A DNA stretch of 64,000 nucleotides from Chrysomallon squamiferum. Lineage: Eukaryota; Animalia; Mollusca. Of this stretch, positions 13,901 through 27,891 are shown piece after piece (the first letter of the stretch is position 1; the number at the start of each line of letters is the position of its first letter). Where the stretch lies: contig CM022665.1 in assembly GCA_012295275.1 (NCBI GenBank), positions 29,016,001 through 29,080,000 on the forward strand, written 5' to 3'. The translations under genes and the position numbers were made by a program. The notes beneath the pieces were generated by a model. That model was not told the origin of the DNA, searched no databases, and saw only the letters and a program-made list of their open reading frames with translations.

Positions 13901-15697
13901 CTTTTTCATGATAAATCATTTTCATAGGTAAAATAAAACTATTCATTAATTAAAAACACATAAAAGGAAAACTGAACCCTAGCTACCATGCAGAGTAATA
14001 CTGTACTAGAATTATGTTTCATACTTTAAAAAGTGAAGATTATGTAAATGAATCATAATTATAATCTACCAATGGATAAAACAAAATAAACAATTATGAA
14101 TATGCTATGAACAGAATAAAAATTCATAAAATCAATTCAACTGTTGGCATTAAACTAATTCCAAAATAAATAACTGTATTGTTTGCTGTTGTTTTTTGTT
14201 TTGTTTTACCTCATAATATGCCTGATTCCAGGTGGGTCTTGTACAATGAATGATGTTGGGTAATGGCCAAACCATATTGTCATATTGCTGTTCTCACTTT
14301 GCTCAGAATATCTTATTAGCTGTTGAACTCTGTCCTTTTCCATGATTACAACAAAATATGTATGTTTATTGAAGATTCTCAATAAAATGTTTAGATATCT
14401 GACTTTTAGATCAGTAATTAAAAATAAAGTAAATGGTAGAATAGATTTAATTTTTTGTTCTTAGCAAACATGTTACAGAGAGAAATATTTAAAATTATTT
14501 TTATATTCAATCTATTATATAAATGTTAACAACTTCACAAGAATTATGGATATCAAACCATTCAAAATTAAAAAACATGAATATGTTTATCCAAAAACCT
14601 CAACTTAAAGAAAAAGATTTTTTACTCTCTTTATTTCATATACTGTTAAGATACACCTTTTAATTTTTTCACCATGCTATACTTACTTCATTGAGCTGAC
14701 CAAAGAAGTTAAATGGTCGTTTAGGTCCTGGATCAGGACAAGCATCTACAGCTATAAATGAATATTTTCCAAAGTAGGTGGTATAGTGATGCACATAAGA
14801 TGTCATATGCTCATTACCTTGCACTGAAAACTGCCTGCAATTTAAACATAATTTATTCGCATTACAAATGACACAAATGGATAAAAAAAATTATAATAAT
14901 AATAAAAAAATATTAGAAAAGTATTACATATCAGTCTAATACTATAAAAATCTGTCAAATTATCCTATTTTTGGTTAACAAAAATTAACTTCTAATGATG
15001 TTAAACATTTAAAAAGAATATACCATACAATAACATTATATTTGTTTTGTTCTAAAAGGAAAGGAATTATTAACGAGCTAATAATCTACCTGTAATAATT
15101 TTGTCGACTTCGTAAATCAGGAACATCAAATGAATCTGCAAATATGAGAACAACATCTTCTTAGTATTAATCTCAGGAAAATTAAATAATAAAACTATAT
15201 TTTCAAATTATATTTCTGTTTTTTGTGAGGAAAAGCCCATAGAATCAAGACAGTTCATTAGCTTTATGGTGTTGGAGAACCTACTTCAACTCATGTGAGT
15301 CTAGAAAATAAAAGTTTGCTTAAAAGAAAATAAAGAAATCAATATTCATTTGTGACTAGTCAATTTTAATTTTAAAGGTTATCTGTAATGTGTTACCATG
15401 GTTTCCTCTCAGATCTAACCATTGAGAATGTGTGTATTTGTTGCATGACATCAAAATTTTGTTGTATTCCTGCCATTCTTCAATATATTGCATAGAACCA
15501 GTTGAGTCAGGTGTTTTAGCGTCTACTAAATCACCTACACAAGATAAACCAACATGTTAGTTTGACAGAACAACAAACGACTGTGAAATATAAATTATAT
15601 ACAATTTCTCATTTACTAAAGCTAATTAAATATGTTTAACAGTAAATAAAAATGTATTTAACAGCCATTTCACCACAATATTATTCTCACTCTCTTG

Positions 15698-15752
<55 letters not shown>

Positions 15753-16208
15753 TTCAGCAGTTCAATATTATTTACCTGTAACAATAATCAGCTGTGGTTT
15801 GATAACACTGAGAAAGTCACGACACAAATTTATTAAATCTGGTCCTCTCTTTCGGTCTTTAAATTTACTAATATGGAGATCTGAAATCTAAAATGAATAT
15901 TGCACACATGTTAACATGCTGTTATTACAAAAATACATAATTACAGTTTTCCATAATTTCTATACAACATGCCAAACTGGTATTTTTCTCAAATGGATTT
16001 TGGAATAAATTATCATGATTAATTAACTGATTCACTTATTAACAAATACAAATCAGCCATATCACACTCTGATTCACGATAAATAATAATTATTTATACT
16101 AGTAATAATATAAATAAAAAATAAATAAATAAATCTTTAATAGGCATGAATTAATCACAAATATAAATTACTTTCCTTAACGTATTTAGAATGTAATATG
16201 GTATTTAA

Positions 16209-16256
<48 letters not shown>

Positions 16257-16550
16257 CATAAATAAATAAATAAATAATAAAAAATCATTATCATTTACTT
16301 TTATGATCAATGAACAATACTCCAAAACTCTGCCAATTCCTTAAATATATACGTCAAAAACGATTAAATAATTCACCTGTACAAGCCAAAAGATATTTTC
16401 ATAATCAGGTCCAATTGTAAGAGATTCTGATTGTTCTCTAGGTTCTCTATTTACTGTATTATTTGGAATAGGTACAAAAATATCGACAACACAAGCAAAA
16501 ATTATTGCAATTGCCAGAAATAACATAAAAGCGAAGTGCACAAATCCCAT
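10533..16550 (-). CDS. TMEM62: Transmembrane protein 62 (calcineurin-like metallophosphoesterase domain plus C-terminal TM region), 14 exons: 16550-16377, 15887-15776, 15534-15397, 15135-15090, 14834-14687, 14334-14210, 13641-13519, 13360-13208, 12867-12708, 12436-12326, 11970-11877, 11719-11605 (frameshifted), 11240-11122, 10850-10533
   Basis: Motifs QISDLHIS, IIVTGDLVDAK, WLDLRGNHDSF, GPKRPFNFFG, WFGHYPTS, YLCGHLHTLGG, LELELGDWRDNR, FRILAVDYDLLSF, GPWFAGE; N-terminal signal anchor; all exons are in phase except exon 12 (115 nt). Confidence 0.93.
15705..15750. repeat. (CA)n microsatellite
   Basis: Direct reading. Confidence 0.95.
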
Positions 16551-16917
16551 TTCCTCTGACAAAGAAAAACTAGTTTTATAAAAAAAATTTAATGATATAA
16601 ATAAACCTTCACAATATTTTTGTTGTCTGCTAACCGTTGATGTTTTTTTTTTTTTTATATATATAATTTCTGTTTTGAAAAGAGTAGTGTAAAGGGAGAT
16701 AATTGAGAAAACTAAATAAAAAAGAAAGAAAAATAAAGTTATATTTATGTGCTAAATAAAAATATTAATATTGTTAACTTTAATATTATAGATTCATTTT
16801 TGTATTACTGTTAAAAGTGATTTACTTTAAATTATAATACTCAATTCATTTGACTTTACTGGAACTGTAATCACGAAGTAAATAATACATTTTCCTCTGT
16901 TAAGTCTTCACTGTAAA
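16551..16917. promoter_or_regulatory. Bidirectional promoter of TMEM62/FAM177A1
   Basis: Divergent ATGs only ~370 bp apart; AAGGGAGATAATT at 16692-16704. Confidence 0.65.
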
Positions 16918-18578
16918 ATGTCGGAAATAGGACAAACAAAGCAGGTATTTTCTAAACACTGTTATAATTTGTTAATGTAAATTTATGCCAAAACGTTGAT
17001 TTATAATTAGATATTATAAAATGTTACTTACTTGAAATAAATTTTAGTTAATGGTAAAAGTATGAGTTCAAAATAAAATAAACTATTTAAATTTCATTCT
17101 TTTTTCTTTTCTTTTTCCTAAACGGTTAAGGCTTCTGGCGATGCCCCAGAATTCACAAATATATTATTAGATGCTCCACCGAAGAAGAAACAGCCCAAAC
17201 GAATTTTGCATTTTAGTGATGGTATTTTGGAAGAGTATTCTAGTGATGAAGAAGATGAAACTAACAGTCCACCATCTCAACCACCTGTGGATCCAGTAAG
17301 TATATTAACTGATTAAACAATGTACAATAAAATAATGACATTATTATTATTATTTTAAAAATAAACCATTATTAATATGTGTATGTGTACATTTAATTTT
17401 TTTTTTTTATAATTATGTAAAAAGATCCATGTAGTTCAGTAGTAATAGTAGTTATAAAAAGAAATTTCCAAGTGTTTCTTTTTCCTTTTTATGATTTAAT
17501 ATTACTTAGGTCAGGGAACATTTTCAAATTTCTGTCATAATAGTTTTTAGCTAATTATTATGAAATCAATACATTAGAAACTAAATTAAACTCTATATGT
17601 ATACATAAAAATATTAAAATAAATCTTTCTTAAAATTTTGCATACCTTTTAACATTATTGCAGAAAACATTAACCTGGCTTCCTTGGTGCTGGTATTATA
17701 TAACAACAGCAGCTAGCAAAACATTTTCAGGTACCTGTGTTCTTTGATCAAATGTTATTAAAATATGTTATAAATTCATGATATTGAGATCCACTGAAAG
17801 TTTTGTTTTATATCACTAATATCACACAGGTAAAAAAATTTTAGTAATAATAATAAAAAAAATAGTAATAATAATCTAAATTAATCTTCAACAAAAAAAC
17901 AGAAATCTGTTTTGCTTTTCTCTGTACAGATATATGTTCAGTTTATTGTGAAGATTTCATTTCTTTTACAGCCCATGCCTGGTTTATTAAAGGATAGTGC
18001 ATGTATTTTCCTATGATATGGTTCACATATATAACTGATAAGACTAGCATAGCAGCAGTACCTTTCCTCTTTCACATTTTGAAAACCGAAATAACTATGT
18101 AAGCATTCAGAAACATATGTATTGATGTGTAAATGTTTTAATCTCTAGATAAGTCATCATAAAAGGACAACTTAATAAATGTTTCTGTTCCATCTATTTT
18201 TAGCTGCAGATTTCTGTGGTGAGAAACTTGCCTGGTTTTTAGGTATTACATCACCTAAATACCAGTATGCAATTGATGAATACTACAGATTAAAGGAAGA
18301 GGTACAACAGTTGTTTTCATAACATTTAGATTTAGTCATACATTCATGTTTATTTAAGTATACAACAAAATATTTAAATAAAACCAATAATCACATCAAT
18401 AGAATAAATATATTAAGAATAGGTTTAAACTTCTGCTTTAAAATTTACTTGTATCTCTATTAATTTTTAGGAGGAAAAAGAAAAAGCTCGAATGCAACAA
18501 CTGAACACAGAATTGTCCTCTGTTGATGTGAAAATAATTGAAGATACAAACACAGACCAGCATACTGAAAAATACTGA
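16918..18578 (+). CDS. FAM177A1: FAM177A1-like protein (~154 aa); exons 16918-16944, 17131-17295, 17664-17730, 18204-18301, 18471-18578
   Basis: Family motifs PKRILHFSDGILEEYSSDEE, DPKTLTWLPW, DFCGEKLAWFLGITSPKYQYAIDEYYR; in-phase GT-AG introns. Confidence 0.94.
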
Positions 18579-21094
18579 AAACATTACCTAATGTTCAACA
18601 GTTAAGAAGATATCAAATGCCATAATGTTCAAAAATCATTTAATGTTTGTGCTAAATATTGTGCATGGGAATGGGTCCAATTTTATTTATACAGCAATGA
18701 TATAAATTTTGCTGGTTTTACTAACCTTACTGATATGACTTGAGGTGATGGATTTTATTTTACCTCAGAAGAATTCCAACTAGAACATTTTGTGTGCAGA
18801 TATTTGTTAATAATTAATTTGTTTTTTCAGTTTATCTTTATCTCAAAAGGTTATTTGTGGTATTCCATATATTTTAATTTTATAAAGATCTCATAATTCT
18901 TCACTTTGTTATTAGATTGAAATGAAAATAATTTCATTTATTTTTGTTATATGAACAATCTCACAGAAATGCATTATAATAATGAAGAATAAATGTTCTT
19001 TTAAAGATTTTTGCAATGACTATAGCATGTAGTGAAAGATAATTACCATATACAGTTGAAATTTAAATGTCTCATTTTAAAAATAATTACTATTATTTTA
19101 TTACTATCAACATAATTGCCAGTCTTAGTTTTATTATAATTAGATCTATTATTTAAATTATTTTTAAAACAACCTATTATTAAAAAATACTGTCATCTTG
19201 TTTTGATTCCTGTTTATTAGACATTCATGAAAGTTTTGAAATATTGACAGTTAAAGAAACAAAATAACAACAATAATAAATTAACTAATGGTGAATATTA
19301 AAATATACTGTTATAAATGTAATAAACCAAATAATGAAATGAACTATCCAAATTATAGCATCCCAGATGACTGAACAATCATTTCAACTCTTAAAAATGT
19401 TAAAATTAATTTTTGTGTTCAGTTATTTCTTTGTGCCATGTTTTAAATAATATTTGTATTTGAAAATGATATCAATTTCTAAATTATGTTTAAGTGTTTT
19501 TAAGATTACATTTACATGCATGATCACAGATTGTATTTACTGGGAAGCTTAAAGAAACTGATTGGATTAATTTCAGTTTTAGCGTTAAACACAAGCCATT
19601 AAATATGGATAGTTTATAAAAGAATTTAAAATGTAAGAGTTACATTTAAAATCAAAGGAGAAGTTTTTTAAACTGCTTAAATGTATAGTTAAAATTAAAA
19701 AAAATTAAAATGTCCATGCTTTGAATACTGACTGAATGTTTGGAAGAGCATGATACTGATAATTATTGTTTGTTGCATTGATGTATTTTGGATTGTGTTG
19801 TATAGTATTAATATATTTATTGGTATGACTGTGATAGGATTTAGTTATTTGATAATAACACTTTGACACTTTACTGAACATACTTTATACAGAAGCTGTT
19901 CTGTCAGCTATCTAATTTAGCTGAATTTGAAAGTAAGGTAAATTACATCAGATAATAAGCAAAGGAATGAAAACATTCCATGGTAAAACAGATCAATGAA
20001 ATCCTCCTTAAATGTGTTTTAGCATTTAATGGTTGGTGGAATCGTTTTATTATTTTTTCACTTTTAAGATTTGTAATAAAATTATAAGAACACAATTTTC
20101 AGCATTACACAAATATTTTTCAATTATTTATTAGTTATTTCTTTATTATTTTTATTTTACTCTGTTGTCAGGTTAAGACAGACTGAACACCTAAATTATA
20201 TTTTTGTATCTATTGGTTTGTTTGTTATTGTCTAAGACAATAACGGGATAAAGAGGTTGAGGTATTTAATAACTTTACTGTTCCATGTTTTTGTGTTCTT
20301 CAGATAACACTGGGAAATATTGAAAAATAATGCATTTAGACATTTTTTTAATTCCTATTTTATATACTATTTATACTTTATTTTTCAGTAGATCTTACCA
20401 TATTTATTATTATTATTTAAAAAAAAAAAAAAAAACACAAAGGTTTATTATTTTAAAACTTATAATTTAATCTAGAAATAATATTAGAATATTAGTATTA
20501 GTTTAAAATTAACAAATATAACAAAATATAAACTCAAATTTTATTTAATTTTAATTTTATTCTAACTAGAACAAAACAAAATGAGATGTTTTTTCTGTCT
20601 TCATATATTGCACCTATGCATTTCCAGATGACTTATGCAACAGTTCTTTCCGTCCACAAATAGAATTCATGTTCTAGATTATTCAAGTTTTAGCTAATCT
20701 GCTGAGTCATGTTCTGTATAGACAGAACATGCCTCTCTACCTACTTCACATACATACACACACAACTGCACAGGCACATATTCATGCACAAGTATATACA
20801 TTTATTACAATTATTTATTTGTTACTAGAAACGTAACAAATTTTCATATAACGAATCTTTCTACTTGAAGTTTTATGCATCTTTCCTAATTAAAATAAAT
20901 CAATCATAACTGACAATATATTAAGTAATTTAAAAAAAAGAAAAAAAAAAAAGAAAAGTTGATTGCAGCTTTACATTTTATGAAGACAATTTAATATTTT
21001 TCTTATAAAGAATTTTCACCATGTTAACATTCTTTTTATTTTAATCCAATATTTAGAAAAGGAAGATATGACAAAAAGGCAACTGAACAAAATG

Positions 21095-21130
<36 letters not shown>

Positions 21131-21764
21131 AAGGATATATTTTTTTGGCTTACTTTTATTATACTTAAGCTGTTGATTCCTATTTATATTCGAGGTTGAT
21201 TTGCTTGTTATTGGTATTATAATGTCAACTCTAAATGCTGTAACTGTGAAAGAAAATAAATTTTAAAATCTACAAAAAAATAAAATTCAGTTATCATTTT
21301 TTTTATTATTATTATTTTTTTTTTTTTTTTTTTTTGTCTGTGCGTGTTTTGTCTATAATTTAAATGTAATCATGTCACAAAAATACAAGGTACCAAAAAG
21401 TGCTTGAAGACTTGATAATCTTACATTTTTTACTATAAAATCTTAAAAGAATCCTCTACTCATCTATAGTGACTGAAGGTTTACTGTACATATCATTTGT
21501 GTTTTGTTTCATGCCCGTTAATATTTTATGCCAACATTGGGGCCAGAGACTGAGAGAGGTATATTTAAAATTTAAAATATCATCAACATCATAAGAGAGA
21601 GATATCAAGAATATTTAAATAATTATATTAATTCCTAGTCTCAAAACAAAAAAATAAAAGTAACTATATGATATAAAATTTTATATGGGCTCAGAATGCT
21701 GCTGATCTAAGGAATTGAAGGTTAATTGTTTCAATAGATTAAAATTTGGTCGTTATTTTTCGCT

Positions 21765-21840
21765 ATTCATTGGCGTAACGTTTGGCACAGGACACGGTCT
21801 AAAACTGTTTACTTCCGTGGTCGCGCAAATTTTCAAGTTC
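21765..21840 (+). promoter_or_regulatory. Promoter with inverted CCAAT, ETS-like and E2F/CHR-like elements
   Basis: ATTGG ~21769, ACTTCCG ~21811, CGCGCAAATTTTCAA 21822-21836, all 65-135 bp upstream of the ATG at 21902, in a CpG-rich patch. Confidence 0.4.
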
Positions 21841-21901
21841 TCGTAGTCAAGATAATTAAATTTCTGAAGTATTCATTTTCTCTTTTTCCTAAACTGAGAC
21901 A

Positions 21902-22722
21902 ATGGCTGCGAAAAGTATTACTAAAAAGAAAAATGTTAATTATGATCCTGAGACCGAAAGAACTGTTCCAAAACTTGACCTGTATGGCCCATCAAAAAGA
22001 AAAACAAATCGTAAAATTAAGGCCTCCAGTGCTGGTACTAGCTTAAATAGGTACGAATTTTTTCTAAAATGAATAGCATGAATTCATAACTGTTATGTTT
22101 ATTATACAATATTCGCTTTCTTTCATTTTAAATATACAACGTATTAAAAATTATAAACAATATAGTTTAAGCAACGTATTACATAATGGTTTCGTAGTAA
22201 CTATCTAAAACCTCAGTCACAGGCAAAAATTGTGAGAGTGACATGATAACGGTTCATGTTACATATTGATAATAACAGACTAAGAAAGGAATGAAGGGAA
22301 ATATTTTAATTAACAACGCACTCATTATGATTCAATCGTATTCATGATTATACACCAAACAGTCAATTAGGAGGGAAACCTACTTACTAACTTAGAGCGT
22401 CACATAATTACATTATTATTATACACGTTTTACGAATAGTTACGGATCTGTAATACACTATACAGTAATGTGATTTGTGCAACACTGATCAGAGTGCTGG
22501 TGGTAACTGATCATGTAAACAATCATGCCTCACGCTGTTGCTTCACCACTGAATAGTGGGCAATAGTAATAGTTGTATCAGTCTTTCACTTTTTTAATAT
22601 ACTTTGGAAAATGTAACCTAGATCAAAACTATCAGAGTATAAAAAAATATAAATATTATAATAATATACTGGTTTTTTTTTGTTTTTGTTTTTTAAGTAT
22701 GATTAGATATATTGTAAACTTA

Positions 22723-22754
<32 letters not shown>

Positions 22755-25106
22755 ACTTAATGCCTAAACCCAAACTCATATCACTTATCACAAAGCTTTG
22801 TTGTAGCAGACATAATTATTATTGACCACAAAATTTAAATCTATAAACATTTTATTATTTGCACTTGTTAGCTAAATAATTTTAAGCAATGTAAGCATGT
22901 GATTTTTTTTACAATTCACCAGATAAAAGATTTCTTTAATCAATAATTTTGTCAGCACTGATCAAAAGCTTAGAAACTTAAAACCATGTTTTCATATATA
23001 CCGTAGTTTAAAAACTCAGAACTGAGGCTATAATCTATAGCCATTGTGACAGTTTTGTTAAGGAAGGTGTATATAGCTGCTAACTGATAAGAGGAATTTA
23101 AGACATATGGATTACTTTCTTATTATCATTACTGATTAATAATTAAAGATATTTTAACACATACCTGCTGAAAGTTTGGAAAACTGATGTTAGAACAAAT
23201 AGCAGTATTTCTGTATTATTACACTTACTTTTTGTCATGATTTTCTCAAGATTTTTATTACTCAGCCTGTGAGAAATTTCTGGTATTAAAATTTAAAATA
23301 AATTTGTTACCACTGTTGTTTTGCTTGACCACATACAAGTATACATTAAATTATTGTTGATATTTTCCAAGTAACAAATTAAATATTGACAAAACATCTT
23401 ATGGAAAAAAGTCAAGTAATTTTTGCTTGTCCCCCTGATTTGTTTGGCATAGTTTTATATTGTATATCATACCAACAGGTGAAGCAACAAAAATGTGATA
23501 AACATTATTTAATGAATAATAACACAAACTTCTTGAATAAAATTAACAAAATATCTCTTAAGAACATTGAATTAAATAAAAATGGAAATAAAGCTAATTT
23601 ATTTTCTTTCTCTAAATGATATTGTACAACTATTTATTTAATTTGTTTTGCTTTTGTTCCTATTACAAATTAGGTTACTTATTTTAGTTTGACATTACAA
23701 TTATCACCATTGTGCAATTTTTTGAATCTTCCTTTTTTTAATTAATAAAATTATTTAATTTTTGGCTGACTTTTTTTTTTTTTTAAAATTTGAATACACT
23801 TTCAAGATCATGTGATGAGAAGTCTGCATTACGTGAGAGTCTTCAGAAACTTGATGAAGATCATCGCCGTATGCAGCAGACATTGGAAGAAACAGTTGCA
23901 GAGGCTGAGGTATATACATTTCATTTTCTTTTTAAAATATCTTTTCTATTAAAACAAAATTGCAGTATCTCATTTCATTTACTGATATGATAAGTTAGAG
24001 AAATACTTTTTTAATGTATATCTATTAAGAGTTGATACAAATTTTTTTCAGGCAAGGCTTGAAGAGATGAGAAAACTATTGGAAAAACGGGCAGAGCTTC
24101 ATAAAGGTAGAGTTTTTAAGTATGTAAGTTGATTAACTTACATCTAATTTTATAAATGTTAATCTTAGTGTATTAATTTCTTGAGTGTAACCAGGATATG
24201 AAAAAGTATAAACAACCAAAATTTAAAAAGCAATTCTTAAAATATGCATTACCAACATTTAATATGAAATTAAAAGGGTAATAAAGATAAAATCAAAATA
24301 GCCAAATATAATAATTACTAATCTAATAAAAAAAAACAAATACAACGACGCATTATCAAAAGATTTTAAAAAATTATTTTCAGAAATTTCTTCTTTGCTT
24401 ATATTTTGATGTCAGGCTGAACTGACCTGTCATCTGTACATTTCAAAACTTTAAAGACTTTGTATTTTTTAAAGTTCAAATGGATGAAGTTACTGAGAAG
24501 AATTTGAATTTAGAAAACCAAGTGTAAGTTTATTACTGTTGTTAACATGTATCTGAATATAATATGGTCAGTGAATTATATGAAGTAAAAAATAGATTAT
24601 CAGTACATAATAACTATTTTGAACTAAGAGGTTAAAAATAAGTTAATACTTTTGAATCCACATTTAATGAGGAAAATGTGATAAATTCCTCTGAGGTTTT
24701 CAAGTTAATTTATTTCTTTTGTTCTAGTCAAAGATATATGTTTTTCTATTTAAGTAATATGTTGTGTTTCTGGAAATAAATGTACAAATGGAAAAATCAC
24801 TTGTCTTAAATATAAAACTATATTACATATAAATATATATTTTTAAAAATTATTATTAAGTATGTATGTATTTTTATTTAATTATATTTCAGGTCAAAAT
24901 ATGAAAAGCATTTGTTGTCAAATAACGTTGATCCTGGTATGATATGTTTTTAAATCAGTTTTTATTTACATTTAATTTAAACAAGTAAAGGTTTTCCATT
25001 CAGCACAACATACAGAATTATTTATATACAATAACTTCATTTAAATTGTAGTTTTCATACATCAACAGTTTAGCACACACAAACAAACACGCATGCATGC
25101 ACGCGT

Positions 25107-25142
<36 letters not shown>

Positions 25143-26041
25143 AATAGATGAATACCATATTATCCATTTTTAAGTAGATATATATTTTTTAATAGTTACC
25201 ATGGAAGTGATGGAAGTTACTTCTGAGGACAAAGAAGCCGTTGAAGAAAAAAGAAGATTTTCAAAAGTATAACATTTTATCTTTTTCTTTATTTCTGTTT
25301 CAGATTATTTGGATATGTCATGTTTTTATAAGAAATAACTGCATTAGGAAATTATACTGCATGAATTACTCCCCTTCATTTAGTTTCAGTCTTTCTAAAC
25401 CTTCATGAATATGGATCTACAGTTTAGTTTATCTATTTTGTTAAAACAAATGTGATTAGTATAGGTCTGTCAAGAAAGTAATAAAATGAATTTGCCTGGT
25501 CAGTGTGTTGCCATGTGACTGAAAGAAAATGCCTTTATTTAGTAATATTGAAATAAAAAGAATAAAAATTAAAACTGATAATATGATTTATGATTTTTAC
25601 TTTCAGAAAAGAGTAAAGGACATGAAAGAAAGATTGAAACAGATGAATGAACAAACCAGCACATTTCTTTATGACATACAAGTTAGTAGTTTATGTCACT
25701 AAATTATATTTGTAGAAATATTTTAAAGTATTTTATTCACAGTGTTTGCTATTTATTTAAATTCCAGCTGTTGTAGGTTTTGTTTATTAATTCATTTTTA
25801 CATTTTTATCTTTCAGAATATGAAGCAGCAACTGCAGGAACTTGAAGATATAGGATCAAGGATTCAGGTGTCTACAGATGACATTGATGATTATGAGGAA
25901 GAGGACATCACCTATTCAGATACATCAAACATGAAACCAAATGTTAACCAGGCAATTACTTTTGAGAACAAAGAAGAAAAAGTAGCAGATCCAGTGATGA
26001 TGTACCTCCACTTGACGATCCAGAAGGAGTTCTGTTTCTAA
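21902..26041 (+). CDS. Uncharacterised coiled-coil protein (~256 aa), possibly KNSTRN/SKAP-like; exons 21902-22050, 23807-23909, 24052-24106, 24475-24523, 24893-24936, 25196-25266, 25607-25681, 25817-26041 (true stop may be 26067)
   Basis: Eight in-phase GT-AG exons; basic N-terminus (MAAKSITKKK...SKRKTNRKIK), heptad-rich middle interrupted by LLSNNVDPVT, acidic tail. Gene structure is well supported; identity is tentative. Confidence 0.8.
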
Positions 26042-27033
26042 CACAAAATGATCTTGATGAGTTGTAGAATATATTTTCATATTTGGTTACATTTATTGTT
26101 AAGTTTTAAACTGTGCCTAGAAACCATTTTTGTATTAAAACAAGCTCTGTTGAACTGATCTTTACTCTGTTCTAAACACTGAATAGAAAAGACTGGATAT
26201 TTTAAAAATAATGTAGCTATGTCTGTTTTCAGCTATGTTAGCAAAATTAATAATATTTCTGTAAATTTTATGTCAACCAAAAAAATTACTATGAATTCTT
26301 AGGATCACCAAAGAGTGTTTTCATATCGGATGGAATAAAAAAAATTACATTATGATCAAAAAGCTAACATAATAACTATATTTTTATTATTATTATTAAT
26401 ATTTTTTTTTTATCCATTTGTTTTATTTTTTTTATTTTTTTTTATTTTGTCATTATTTAAAGAAAGTACTAGTTATTCTCAGGTTAATGTAAATTTCTTT
26501 TCACTTTATTCATTTTGAATATATTTTGCATTCAGATGGTGATAACTTTGGATGCTTTTATTGTAACAATGCCAACATTAAATTTTATGAATGTTTAGCC
26601 CTTTAATTAGTTGATGTGCAGCCCACCGTTTTCTGGCATTTGGAGTTTGTTTATGATCCAGTGATATTTATAATACAGACACTCTTCACTTAATGATGCA
26701 ATTCTGTTCCTGACTAAGTCATTAAATGAATTAGTCAATAAACAGAAAATTGCCTTTACCAGTATTTCAAGCATATTATACTGATAGAGGGTTTATCGCA
26801 ACAATCTTTAGATATTTTTTATGTCACCTCTGTTCCATTTATAACATCTTAGTATATTTTTTAATATTTATACAGTGGTGTACTCCATACTTAAGTAAAC
26901 AAAATAGAGGAAAACATCTTCAATATACCTTACTTGGGTTGGGATACTATAAATACAGGTAGTTGTTTCTATTGATTCTGAATAAAGAAAAGCTCTAAAG
27001 GAAACTCCAACTTGATAACTTTGTTTTAATTTA

Positions 27034-27613
27034 TTAGGTTGGCAACTAAGTTCCTGCCGTTTTTTTAATTTAAATTTTTTAAAGATTTAATAAAAACTAA
27101 CAACTATTCGGTCAATTAATTGTCACTTAAAGCATGCAGAACCCATGCTCCACATTTCTGAACTTTTCCCATAGAGTGAAGATGCTTCTCTATAGCAGTG
27201 TGAGAGTATTCCATTTTCTCGGCCAGTTCTCTTGTCGTTTGACGTGAATTTTCATGCAAAAGTTGGTTTAATCGCTCTTCATTGAGTTCAGTTGGAAGGC
27301 CAGAACGAGGTGCGTCTCTGAGGTCAAAATTTCCATTTTTGAACTTGGCATACCAGTCACGATTGGTTCTTTCAGCTATGGCATTCTCTCCATACACAGC
27401 ACAAATGTCGTGAGCAGCTTTTGCAGCCTTAGAACCTTGATTAAAAGCAAAAAGAAGGAGGTGTCGATAATGCACATTTTTCTCAACTTAACATTTCATT
27501 TTGAAATAAACGGAAATTACTTAAATTAACTCGAAAAATATCAAATAGATTAAATAAAATTTAAAAACACAATAGATTTAAACAAAACGGTGGGAACTTA
27601 GTTGCCAACCCAA
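27034..27613 (-). mobile_element. Internally deleted mariner (Tc1/mariner, mellifera-like subfamily), 580 bp
   Basis: TIRs ttaggttggcaactaagttcctgccgtttt / aaaacggtgggaacttagttgccaacccaa with TA on both sides; ORF 27475-27116 encodes the transposase HTH domains (HYRHLLLFAF...ICAVYG...WYAKFKNGNFDLRDAPRSG...TTRELAE...GAWVLHAL, a WVPHEL-motif variant); no DD34D catalytic domain. Confidence 0.95.
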
Positions 27614-27891
27614 TATATAATTCTTACATATTACTGAACATAAATATACAATGAGTGAAAATTATAACATTTTGTATTATGGGGTGGACAATAAAGTAAA
27701 ATTTACAGATGAAATATATATTCTTGAAGACTGAACGTAAAATGTAATGCTGGACACTGATGTGCTGCACATGACCAGTGTTCTGTAACAGTGTAAAATA
27801 TCGACTGCTCTGAGAGCAGGTCCTAAGTCCATGTGATTAAATGTGGAGTGTCTGTAATCCAAAAGTTACCATTTAATAAATAAGTGATGTT

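Noticed and set aside
20708-20731. Perfect 10-bp hairpin CATGTTCTGT-ATAG-ACAGAACATG
   Set aside because: Isolated, with no other RNA-gene or transposon features; one such stem in 64 kb is not clearly beyond chance.
22285-22325. Fragment resembling a gastropod SINE-like repeat head (GAAGGGAAATATTTTAATTAACAACGCACTCA)
   Set aside because: Too short and degenerate to call without a repeat library.
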